A stretch of DNA of 64,000 nucleotides from Octopus sinensis (Eukaryota). The stretch covers positions 8,928,001 through 8,992,000 of the forward strand of contig NC_043007.1 of NCBI RefSeq assembly GCF_006345805.1, written 5' to 3'. Shown here one piece after another: positions 41,190 to 52,620 of this stretch. The notes under the pieces were generated by a model that saw nothing but the letters and a program-made list of their open reading frames with translations, searched no databases and was not told the origin of the DNA. Every line of letters begins with the position of its first letter. Position 1 is the first letter of the stretch. Made by a program: the position numbers and the translations under genes.

Positions 41190-41560
41190 ACAACAACTGG
41201 TCGGTCGGCTCATCTAATACCTGCCTATCGTCCATGTTGTCCAATCCTGGCTGTTACTAGAACTGTACAGGTTGCTCGCCAGGCTCAGGTGTATAGAGGA
41301 TTTATTCCCATTTATTATGAAGAGAAAAGAGACAGTCAATGGGCTGAGGATGTTGGTAAACGCACTCAAAGAACTCTGGAAGATGGGCATGGCCATGGTT
41401 TTATCTTCTAAGGTGTTCCTCTAGTGATTGTGACTGGTTGGAAATCTTTTTCAAGGTTTCATTGATACGCAGAGACTTATCAATACAACCGGCAGAGATG
41501 AAATCTCTCCCATTATATCCAGTAACTTTGAAGGATATGATTTTGATGACGCTGGGTTGC
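41190..41560 (-). pseudogene. Probable Penelope-like ORF remnant (RT-to-endonuclease linker)
   Basis: FISAGCIDKSLRINETLKKISNQSQSL...VYQHPQPID...HNKWE*IL resembles the PLE pattern F..RGY...I...L.KV....TYHP....I..KHW.IL; several stops. Confidence 0.45.
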
Positions 41561-41729
41561 CAGTTCTCTAGAAACTTAATCTAAACTCCTGTTTAAAATT
41601 AGCGACATTTTTTCTTATATAGATTAACAGATATTTACCTATATTAAATAGTGACTTACATTGTAGTAAATCCAGTAATAATTTAAATTTAAATGATATT
41701 ATCCTTTCTGTGAAAAGGGTAGCTATAAA

Positions 41730-42088
41730 ATAGAATTCTATATTTAAGCGATAAAGAACGATGTACATTATTTACATTATTTACATTTGATGGATATTTA
41801 TCCTCAGCTTTTTTGTTGTTAACACAACGTTTCGGCTGATATACCCTCCAGCCTTCATCAGGTATCTTGAGGAAATTTCGAACCTGGGTTCTCATTCCTA
41901 AGCTATTTTTTATCTTCTTCTTCTTCTTCTTCTTCTTCTTCTTCTTCTTCTTCTTCTTCTTCTTCTTCTTTTTCTTTTTCTTTTTCTTTTTCTTTTTCTT
42001 TTTCTTTTTCTTTTTCTTCTTCTTCTTCTTCTTCTTCTACTTCTTCTTCTTCCTTTTATCATTATTATTATTATTATTATTATTATTT

Positions 42089-42150
<62 letters not shown>

Positions 42151-42263
42151 GTTGTTGTTATCATTATTATTATTATTATTATCATTATTCAGGTCACTGC
42201 TTGGAATCGAACTCGGTATTTTGGGGTTAGTAGCCCGCACTCTTAACCACTATGCCATATGCC
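41730..42263 (-). mobile_element. Composite element: tRNA-like head, (AAT)n/(AAG)n, hammerhead-containing module
   Basis: Head 42263-42190 with A box TGGCATAGTGG (42257-42247) and B box GAGTTCGATTCC (42214-42203); microsatellite 42189-41915; module 41914-41730, homologous to 42285-42440 and partly to ~56155-56250. Confidence 0.7.
41821..41867 (-). ncRNA. Putative minimal hammerhead ribozyme (PLE type)
   Basis: AGATAC-CTGATGA-A-GGCTG-[GAGGGTATAT]-CAGCC-GAAAC-GTT-GTGTT: conserved core, 5-bp stem II, stem I GATAC/GTGTT with wobbles; stem III is reduced to the palindrome ACGT, and there is one extra A before stem II. Confidence 0.55.
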
Positions 42264-42440
42264 ATAATAATAAGGATAATAACATCGAAAAATACCTTAG
42301 GAATGAGAACCCAGATTCGAAATTTCCTCGAGACACCTGATGAAGAATGGAGGGTATATCAGCCGAAACGTTGTATTAACAACAAACAAGATGAGAACAA
42401 ATATGCGTCATATATAAATAGGGTAGACAATGTATAAAAT
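42263..42440 (+). mobile_element. Second, inverted copy of the hammerhead module (core at 42332-42377, stem II mutated)
   Basis: CCTTAGGAATGAGAACCCAGATTCGAAATTTCCTCGAGACACCTGATGAAGAATGGAGGGTATATCAGCCGAAACGTTGT. Confidence 0.8.
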
Positions 42441-42455
42441 AGAAGTATTTGTGTG

Positions 42456-42516
<61 letters not shown>

Positions 42517-43269
42517 CTACATATCCATGCATTCATACATGTGAAAATGCTGAAGCCTAAGTCTGTATGTATATATATCTGACGGGCAGTGTAAATAGGC
42601 TCAGTTCTAGATATACGCAAATACACGCACAAACACACAAAGACATACACACACAAGCACAAATCTACAAAGAAACACACGCCTACAAACAAACACGCAC
42701 ACATGTACACGCACATTCACACACACACGCACACAAGCACACACACACACACACACACCACACACACACACACGCACACACACACACACACACACTATAT
42801 TTCCAGTTGGCGTTTCCAGATTTACAGTCTCATTTCCAATAATTAAATACATATAGAACCTGTGATGTTCTTCGTGTACTGGTTGAATTCTTGAAGACTT
42901 AACCGCTCAAGTGTTTAACCGTTTACTTCATTTACCAACAGTTACGTGTTGACTGACTAGTCTACTGCGTTCAAACGTTTCACCTTTAGATTCTCATGAC
43001 AGCAGACACATATTAATTTTATGATGTACTTATGAGTATATTTGTATACATGAATGTATGTATGCTCATATGTATGTATAGATATGAGTGCAATTGTACG
43101 TTTGTACACTTGGATTTGTAACATGAAATATCTGATTAGTACTTTTCAGTCCTTTCGACTGGATGGCACAAAGTGGAAATAGTGAAAACATTCGGAAAAA
43201 TGACGGTCCTTTTCGTATCGACAGTAAAAAAATAAAACAGGAGATAAATAAACCTTTTTCCCCTTTTTT

Positions 43270-43570
43270 TCCAAAATATAGGATGAAAATTTCGTTTTGG
43301 GATTTGGTTTACAAGATTCTTTATATGAGTTCGTATGTTGAAGCATATTCTGTTGTGTCTGGGGAGAGTCGTTTCCTTTTTGTGCCTTATAATGTAACAC
43401 ACGCACCGGTAAAATTTCCACATATTTCTTAATTATATTTTCCTAAAAATTTTCGTTGCGTCTTGCAACCTTATCAATAGTCTTGAGTCTCTCCGTTTTT
43501 TACCGGTGAGTGTGTTACCTTATAAGGGACACAAAGAAAATGACTCTCCCCAGACACAACAAAAGATGTA
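43270..43570. repeat. Internal-inverted-repeat element, copy 2
   Basis: 71-bp arms 43344-43414 and 43498-43568, 83-nt spacer containing GTTGCGTCTTGCAAC; one-sided homology to 19675-19790. Confidence 0.7.
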
Positions 43571-44034
43571 TGTGTGGTTTTGTGTGTTCATTTTGGCATG
43601 GTATTGCGATACGAAACTAACGGTGAAAGAAACAGCTATTGTGAAAATCTACATGAATTCAAACAACATTATAAGACCCAACTGTGAATGTCTGGGGAGG
43701 TCAAATATGAATTTAAGAACTCTATTTATCCAAGCAACTGTGAAAGTAATCTATTTGTTTCATAACATCACTTATTACATACCTACGGAAGAGAAAAGTT
43801 TAAAAATTTCTAATCGATGTTTCAAAGACTGTCACAATCTCGGTTTCAAAAATTATTTAAGCTAATATGAATGTGTATGTGTGTTTGGGTCTGCGTGTGT
43901 ATCTGTGTGTGTGTGTATATATGTATATGTATATGTAAGTATATATAAACATGTATGTATTACACACACACACACATATGTATATATATATATACAAGTA
44001 TGCATTGATGTGTGTAAATATATATGCATATATG

Positions 44035-44080
<46 letters not shown>

Positions 44081-44174
44081 ATATATATACAGACAGAGAG
44101 AGAGAGAGGAAGAGAGAGTCATGCTATAAGTGACGAAGCTATTCGTAATAAATGGAAACATGTTGGTAGTAGTG

Positions 44175-44231
<57 letters not shown>

Positions 44232-44402
44232 ACAGCAGCAGCAGTGGTGGTGTTGGTGGTAGTAGTAGTAGTAGTAGTAATGTCGTTATGTACTTGCAGG
44301 CGGTGGTGTTGCAGCCGACAGCGCTTTCGATTATTACCATTGTGCAGACGTCATCAAATACGATTGTGATGATGAAGATGATGATGATGATGATGATGAT
44401 GA

Positions 44403-44437
<35 letters not shown>

Positions 44438-45169
44438 CCACGATCACGACGACCACGACTACAACCACGACGACAACTCCGACGCGACGACCAGGACGAC
44501 GACGACGATGATGATGACGATGGTGGTGACTATGCTGCTGCCGCTACTGTTGCTGCTGGTGGTAGTGATGTTTGTATCGTGAAGAAAATGCCGACGATGT
44601 TGAAACGAACAGTTAAACTATAAGCTCTTACAGAATGATTATATTTGTTGTTAATATTATTGTTGTTGTTGTTGCAGTTATTGTTGTTGTTGTTTTTTTC
44701 TTTTCTTTCTGTTTTGAACCATTAAAGTCCTGATTCATTCGTGTACGGTCTGTTGGAGTTGTGTGATATATAGAAATATGAACAGTTGGCACTGCGGTGA
44801 AATTGGTGATAAGAGATAAACAAACGGTGTTGGAAAGTAAAATAGAAATACAGACAATAGCTTTTGTATATTACCATTTTAAGTTCTTATTCTTAACATT
44901 TATTGAAATAAAATAACAACAAAACCAACAACAACAACAACAAGAAGATAAACGTAATAAGAACATCACCAAAAAAAAAAAAAATAATGCTTTCTATATT
45001 TGTTATAAAGGCAAGTGATAAGGGGGGCTTTATAAGGACGAATAAGTTTCACCCTACCTAAAAAAAATCTTTTGTGGTTTAAGCAAATCGAAAACAAACA
45101 AATATGGAAAGGAAAACGGTATTTTTTTTTTTTTTTGTTAATAATAATTACGGCTCCTGGGTAAGAGCC

Positions 45170-45735
45170 TAGAGAGCCGATAGATTCGTTTAAAAGGGCA
45201 ATATGCTTAGCGGTATTTTGTCTGCCGCTACGTTCTGAGTTCAAATTCCGCCGAGGTCGACTCTGCCTGTCATCCTTTCGGGGTCGATTAAATAAGTACC
45301 AGTTACGTACTGGGGATCGATATAATCGACTTAATCCGTTTGTCTGTCTTTGTTTGTACCTCTCTGTGGTTAATCCCTTGTGGGTAGTAAAGAATTAGGT
45401 GATTCGTAAGTCTTCACGTTCTGAGTTCAAATTCCGCCGAGGTCGACTTTGCCCGTCATCCTTTCGGGTCGATTAAATAAGTACCAGTTACGTACTGGGG
45501 GTCGATATAATCGACTTAATCCGTTTGTCTGTCCTTGTTTGTACCTCTCTGTGGTTAATCCCTTGTGGGTAGTAAAGACATAGGTGGTTCGTAAGTCTTC
45601 ACGTTCTGAGTTCAAATTCCGCCGTAGGCGACCTTGCCTTTGCTCTGTTCGGGGTCGATAACATAAGTACCAGTTTGAGCACTGGGACCACTTACCCACT
45701 CCCTCCTACTTGTTGCAAAATTTGAAATTATTATT
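45170..45735 (+). mobile_element. SINE-B with tandemly triplicated body (~185-bp units starting at 45231, 45417 and 45601)
   Basis: ACGTTCTGAGTTCAAATTCCGCCG begins each unit; units 2 and 3 are preceded by TTCGTAAGTCTTC; the last unit switches to the CAAAATTTGAAA tail. Confidence 0.85.
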
Positions 45736-45751
45736 ATGAATTTGTCGCAAA

Positions 45752-45828
<77 letters not shown>

Positions 45829-46235
45829 CATTATTATTATTATTATTATCATTATTATTATTATTATTATTATTCTGTAGTTTTATTTTTATTGTGTGCT
45901 TTCACTTCACTACCGAGCGGAACTCTGTGTGCCTTGGGTATGTGCTGTGTTTTGTTGTGATGCTCTGATGGTTACTGTATTGAGAGTGTTTTACGCAATG
46001 CCCAGAAGTACAATTTTCGGTATGTTATATACTTATTTATAAGTCCTGGTATTTTTGATATGTATTTGTCTGAATATTTTTTTTATCATACCTAATGTGC
46101 CTACTAAGTTAGGAATTGTTTCTGTTTTTAGATTTCACATTCAAGTTACCTCTATTTCCTGGTCTTTATATTTTGAAAGTTTCTCCATTTCTTTAAGAAA
46201 CACGTTGTCATCTGCTGGTATTGATATTAGTATTG

Positions 46236-46303
<68 letters not shown>

Positions 46304-46319
46304 GTTATTGTTGTTGTTG

Positions 46320-46383
<64 letters not shown>

Positions 46384-46404
46384 TACTATGATTGCATTAT
46401 TGAT

Positions 46405-46610
46405 TCTGGCAGAATCGTTTGAATGTCTGGAAAAATGCTTAGCGGCGTTCCGACCGTCTTCATGTTTTGATTTCAATTTCTGCCGTAGTTGACATTACTT
46501 TTCGTCCTTTTCCATTTTGATAAAATAAGTATCAGTCGAGAATTGGAGTCGATGAAATCGACTGGTCCCCTACTGCAAAATCTCAGGCCTTGTACCTATA
46601 GCGGAAAGGA
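46405..46610 (+). mobile_element. SINE-B, diverged
   Basis: CTGGCAGAATCGTT...AAATGCTTAGCGG...GATAAAATAAGTATCAG...GGCCTTGTACC. Confidence 0.6.
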
Positions 46611-46614
46611 CTAA

Positions 46615-47239
46615 GTTGGCACCTGGAATGTCATCAGAGACTCCTCTTTTCCAGTCAGATAATGCAGTCGGTGGACGTTCTATGTTAGGCATAGACACAT
46701 ATCTTAGGGCGGGAAAGATCAATGACGTTTTTGGAGAAACTCCCGGCATCGACGAAAATGAACTCACTGGTCTGTTCTGGAAGATTTTCGGGCCGGTAAC
46801 AGCATGGATGACTTTCAGAAATCTCTGGCCAGAGAGTGTCGTCTAAAGGCATGGTCAGTTCGACATAAAGACGACATGGAAATAAAGACAAGTGCTGCCA
46901 AGCATCACTGCGTGAGATGCATGCAAAGCAAGGAGACCCTACAGCACGCACTCATGCAGTGTCCGAGCATTGCTAGCATGTGGCATTATGTCAAATAGCT
47001 GTTGTTACCTGTAGGTCGAGTCTGAGTACCGGCCGATTCGGTCCTTGAATTCTCCATACCTGCCATCTATAATAAAGGCAGAACAGGTGGTATTCATCTG
47101 TATGTGGCTGTGTCAAAAGATGTGCTCTGTGCGGAGCTGAAAATATTGAATATTAATAATTCCCTAATCAATCTAGCCCTCATGGAATTTTCCGGTTCCA
47201 TCTGGAAAGAAGAGTAAGGATGGGAAAGGAAGCGCTCTT

Positions 47240-47278
<39 letters not shown>

Positions 47279-47400
47279 CTCTCTATTTCTCAGTTAATTT
47301 GTCAAAAGGTGGTTGCCTGTAGCGAAAGAAATTGATTAGCGTGAAAGGACCTCATAGATAAGACTTTAAAACAATAGTTGGGCTAGGACTCGTGACTTTG
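46615..47400 (+). pseudogene. Tx1/L1-like LINE ORF2 C-terminal remnant with CCHC zinc knuckle
   Basis: LFWKIFGP...MDDFQKSLARECRLKAW...CVRCMQSKETLQHALMQCPSIASMWHYVK, i.e. C-x2-C...ET..H....C....W; stops and frameshifts. Confidence 0.75.
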
Positions 47401-48084
47401 GTGGTCAGGGTTATTCTGGATCCTTGATTCGTCTGACCTGGAGGTACTCCCTAATCAGGAGGACAGCATCCTAGATCTATTTACATATATTCTTTACTAT
47501 ATTAGATTTTATCTCATTTCAACCTGTTTCCTTTCTTCTTTTATGTAAATATGCCATTCTGGCAATCTTCATATCCTGCTTAACGTGGATGTATTATTAG
47601 AACGTAGAATATTGCGGTATTCGCCCTAAGAAATCCTCTCAAATAAAAGTACTGTATTGTGAGCACAGATATACATCTTTAGCAGACTAGAACCGTCTGG
47701 CATGAACGCCAGAACTGTCAGGTCACATTATTTCAACGTACTACATTTCTTCAGTGGAACGCATCTGCTCCCTTGCATATCAGCTAAATTTCACTGCCAT
47801 GTATATCAATGTAGCTGCGACATTTTAGTCATTGATACCATATATAGCAAGCTCACTTATTAAAACTGCTTCTGTCGCTTAATTTTATGTCACTGCGATT
47901 ATTATTATGCGACGATTAAGGTGGATGAGAGGCACGGATGTTGACAGCTCATCGTCAACTTCATGGCACTGAAGAGTTCAGCGGCTTGATTGGCTCATTT
48001 TACCTTCTAAATTACAAAGCACATAATGTTTTTTTTCAGTTTCGATGGTGTATTTGTAACCGATATCACAACATTATCCATTAT

Positions 48085-48256
48085 AGGCGTTTGAGTGGCT
48101 GGGTGGTAAGTAGCTTGCTTACCAACCACATGGTTCCGGGTTCAGTCCCACTGCGTGGCACATTGGGCAAGTGTTCTCTACTATAGCCTCGGACCGACCA
48201 AAACCTTGTGAGTGGATTTGGTAGATGGAAACTGAAAGAAGCCCATCGTATATATG

Positions 48257-48347
<91 letters not shown>

Positions 48348-48566
48348 CTGTGTGTCTGTGTTTGTCCCCCAACATCGCTTGACAACTGATGCTGGAGTGT
48401 TTACGTCCCCGTAACTTAGCGGTTCGGCAAAAGAGAACGATAGAATAAGTACTAGGCTAACAAAGAATAAGTCCTGGGGTCGATTTGCTCGACTAAAGGC
48501 GGTGCTCCAGCATGTCCACAGTTACGTGACTGGAACAAGTAAAAAGTAAAAAAAAGTAAAAAAGTA
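48085..48566 (+). mobile_element. SINE-A, full length, with an expanded internal (TG)n
   Basis: Colinear with 27499; internal (TG)n about 60 bp. Confidence 0.92.
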
Positions 48567-51006
48567 TGCATGGGATACCAGTCCATTGGGGGTGAGGGCA
48601 CTTCAGCAATTTCGAGGGGTGGGAGCATGCCATTTACATGAAACCAGTACTTGACCGATACTTTATTTCATCGAACTCCAAATGATGAAAGGCAAAGCTG
48701 ATCTCGGTATGATTTGAATTAATATCGTAAGGAACCGAAAAAAAAAATTCCGATCATGTTCTGTCCGAGGTGTTAACCATTCTATCAGTTCACCGCTTTT
48801 TTCATCCTTATGGAATCCATAAAATCAAAGACATACATATCTTGTACTAATATCCATTTTCTCCAATGCTTCCGCACCACCACATTTCTGACCTTCTCTC
48901 CGTCTGAGAAAGCTTGTTTCGTTTAGTGTTAGGAAAAATCGACGACGTCCACAAGGAAAAATCTGTGCGTCGGAGAGAAACAAGTGGCAGCTGTTCTCTT
49001 CAGGAAGACTTTAGAGCCGAGCTCTTCTTTGAGTAGCTTTCAGATATGCTTAGCCTGATAGTGCTGCCGTGTGGCAGTACCGATTCGAGACAAGACTTAC
49101 AAGCACAGAAGTATCATCAGGCGGTACAGCGACGAAATCTCTATGCACAGAATTGTTCACTGATTAATTAACTAATTAATTAATAAATTACTGAATTAAT
49201 CAATTAATGAATGAACTAATTATTAAATTAATTAACTAATTATTTAATTAATCAATTAAATTAATACGTTCGTTATTTTTATTACTTTCTATGGTGATAT
49301 AAAGAGAACAATATGATGATCCGTATTCTTTACATTCAGTTTTGAATTTTATTATCGATGATGCCATCCTTAACGTATCTGATGAATCTTCTTAGAATAG
49401 AGCTGATGGTTACACATTTCAACTTACACCTTTATTTACATTTGTGTTTCTTTAAATACAAAATGCTTTAAATCAAGCCAATACATTTCTTTATGGTGTT
49501 TAACTACAGGTATCATTTTACTATTTTCAGGTGATCAAAGGTAGATCGATTTCAATGTAAGAAGTGTTATAAACTGAACATCACATTAAGACCTTTAACA
49601 TTCATATCGATTTTACTTTTGGTATAAATCTCAAAGAATGGAGACAGATATTTCGATAATTCAGGAGAGATATTATGTTATTTTGTTATTGCTAATGATA
49701 AAGATCCAAAATTGATATTTCACTGCCGTGGGATTGCTTTGTAGTATTATCTGATGAAATTTACGTACAAATAAATTTTGTCTCAAATCGGTTCTGACCC
49801 TCAGCAGCATTGTCAGGCTAAGGATTTCTAGAAATCCCCATTAAAACCCCTACCTGAGTGTCCTCCTGAACAGAATAGCCAATTTCTCCTCACCGACGCT
49901 GAGAGCTTCCTCGTCTTCGTCGTTGCTCTTTTTTTCCTTCTCTTTCTAATTCTCCATCTTTCTTATCCAATGATTTCTCTAGCGCAAGCAATATTTAGCT
50001 CCGGAAAAAAATAGTTCGTAGCCTGTTTCTGGCTTGGGTGAAGCATCAGAGGATTTGAAATAAAACAGTAAATGCTAAAATCGCTACAATCCTGACATTT
50101 TATGGAAGATGAATTGTCGATTATACCACTTCATGTATTTGATACTCATAAAAATGTCTTTCGTTTTATCCATATACTTAAATCATTTCGAATTTTATAT
50201 GAATTAGTACAAAAAAAGCAAAATGTTTATACCTCTTTGTTCTGTGGTGTTTTCAGCTTTGTTTCAGCTTTGTAATTGTTTGTTTGTGTTTTTGAAATTA
50301 GGATGAAATTGACTTCATTTCAGAGACAGAAAGATGGAGTACCAAGACAATAAAAGGAATCAGAAAAAACGGACGAACCAAGGATAGAATGTGACAAACC
50401 AAGCATAGAAGGAAAAATTGCTATCAAAGGGATTCGAAATGGGAACGTTAAAAATGTGTAAAAATTCTGTAACAGATTTTTGTCCATTACTTTACCTATT
50501 ACGTTACTCAAAGTCCTTGGACATTGAAATCACATAATTCAATTATGAATATCTTAAGTGATGTACATCATCTGTCAGTTACGCTGAAAACTAATAAAAT
50601 TTTCTTTAAAAAGAGAAACTGAATACGAAAAGGTATTATTACATTTATATAATGGTTTTAGCGAAGACTTCAATATATTACTCAAGTAAATTGAAATATT
50701 TCACGCCATTTATATACGAGAAAATTTTTTTTTAGATAAAATCTAAGAAGATACAAGGAAAAATACAAATCGAAATATGAAGGATTTGTGAGAAAATGGA
50801 CATGTCTTAACTGTGCACTTGTAGTAGTTACTATGTCAAATTAGAAAAATAATCTAAAATGTATGCTTCCATTGCAAAAGGGGAAATTGTACCATAGAAT
50901 TATTTTATGACGATATACATGCGAAATAGATTAAACAAGATTCTTTTATCCTCCTCCTCCTCCTCCTCCTCCTCCTCATCATCATCATCATCATCATCAT
51001 CATCAA

Positions 51007-51070
<64 letters not shown>

Positions 51071-51093
51071 ATTATTATTATTATTATTATTAT

Positions 51094-51257
51094 TGAGTGA
51101 GAGAGCAGTGCATGCCATCAAAGTGACACTGCGGTAAAATATAAGAAGCCCAGTATACCCATCATGACTACCCGTCTGATAAGGGTACACCGGACACATG
51201 CATCATAACCATATGTGCGTGACATGCTGATCTCATATCAAGATTAACAGCGCATGA
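51094..51257 (-). mobile_element. 5'-truncated retroposon 3' end with a long (AAT)n tail (tail at 51008-51093)
   Basis: Unique 160-bp block ending in ...GCACTGCTCTCTCACTC(AAT)n on the minus strand; family recalled from octopus-like sequence but not classified. Confidence 0.45.
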
Positions 51258-51344
51258 CTTATTATTATTATTATTATTGGTTTTGTTGTTGCCGTTGTTG
51301 TTATTGCTATCCTTGCTTTTATTGTTCTTCTTACTGCTGCTGTT

Positions 51345-51708
51345 GTTGTTGAGCCAAGCGTTCTTCGTCCGAAGTGGGAGAAGAGCGATACGTGGTTCTT
51401 TGCTATTCGTAAGACCCGCAGAAGAGAAAGCAGGTCAACCTCCGACACCGAGAGCATCGACGGATGGATGAATGCGCATCCAGGCTCAGCGGTTGCATAG
51501 GAAGTCGGGGACAAGAAACAGGAAGAAAGAGTGAGAGAAAGTTGGTGCGAAAGAGTACAACAGGGGTCGCCACCCCCCCTGCCGGAGATCCGTGGAGCTG
51601 TAGATGCTTTCGCTCAATAAACACATACAACGCCCGGTCTGGGAATCGAAACCGCGATCCTCCGACCGCGAGTCCGCTGCCCTAACCATTGGGCCATTGC
51701 GCCTCCAC
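51345..51708 (-). mobile_element. Chimeric SINE-C: full head joined at ~51510 to alternative tail 3
   Basis: 51511-51708 matches SINE-C; 51345-51510 (CCCCGACTTCCTATGCAACCGCTGAGCC...) is unrelated to the canonical tail and runs into (AAC)/(AAT) repeats. Confidence 0.75.
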
Positions 51709-52399
51709 TGCTGTTGGTCTTGGTGTTACATAATGATTAAATATGGATTAAATTTGCGTACATACAGAAATAAGACAGTTAGACTAAACGTCCCCTTAAT
51801 ACAGCAGTTTATCAAAAGTGACAAATATAATAACTACATGAATTACAAAAAATGTAATGGGGTCCATTTTTCAAACTAAGACCCATTAAGGGAGTGCCCC
51901 AGCATGGTCGCACTCAAATGACTGATACATGTAAATGATAAAAAAAATATATATTTATATACGAGGCTGTTGCCAGAGTAGTCCTTTCTGACAACAGTGT
52001 GCTTTATCTAACCGAGAAGGTTTTGGTCGCCCTACGGCTCAAAACTCATGAACCATCTGCAGACTTCAGATTTATAAACCACAAGACCTTTAAATGCTAC
52101 AAATGGCCTCCCAGAAAGACATTCTATCTGCTGTAAGGTCTTATCCTGTTAGTAGAAGCCGAGATGTCGATGCCCCACCTGCTGAATAAAATTTCAACTC
52201 CCATTAAGAAGTCCATTTACGGCACCATTGACCGCCATTTTATTCATTCCGGCCTGCTTAATCGCTCTCAGTTAAAAGGATAGTAGCTTGGGCCCCATCA
52301 TTGGGGGCAATATATTCCGGAAGCTCGCGGCCAATGTTTTATATGTGGATATACATACCGGTAAACACACACACACATATATATATATGGAAGGAAAGT

Positions 52400-52620
52400 T
52401 TTCTTGTCGAAGATACGTCTCGCTTTTATCCTTCGAAACGTAGAGTAGATGAAAGCTTTAGCGACTGAAGAAGGGGTTTTTTCTTTGTGTTAATTGTCCT
52501 GTATTCTATTTTTTTTGCTGTTTTTAAATAAATGTCCAGTTCCTTCGGTTTGTGTCTATGTTTTCGTTTCTCATTGTGTTCGACGTCCTTTTTGGTGTCC
52601 TGTACTCATATATGCGTGTA
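52400..52620 (+). mobile_element. Dispersed repeat, probably a PLE-terminal derivative (homologues at 60950-61155 on - and 13530-13570 on +)
   Basis: Shared GAGTAGATGAAA, ACTGAAGAAGGGG, ATGTTTTCGTTTCTCATTGTGTTC and CTCATATATGC. Confidence 0.6.

Noticed and set aside
44300-44630. Apparent acceptor followed by an acidic-rich frame (GGGVAADSAFDYYHCADVIKYDCDDED...)
   Set aside because: It grades directly into (GAT)n/(GAC)n repeats with frame changes; best explained as a decayed microsatellite.
45231-45735. Regularly spaced repeats as a CRISPR-like array
   Set aside because: The units are whole SINE bodies with no unique spacers; eukaryotic context and no cas genes.
50318-50462. Charged peptide after an acceptor-like TTTCAG (KESEKTDEPRIECDKPSIEGKIAIKG...)
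   Set aside because: All three frames hit stops soon after the acceptor; purine-rich composition explains the protein-like look.
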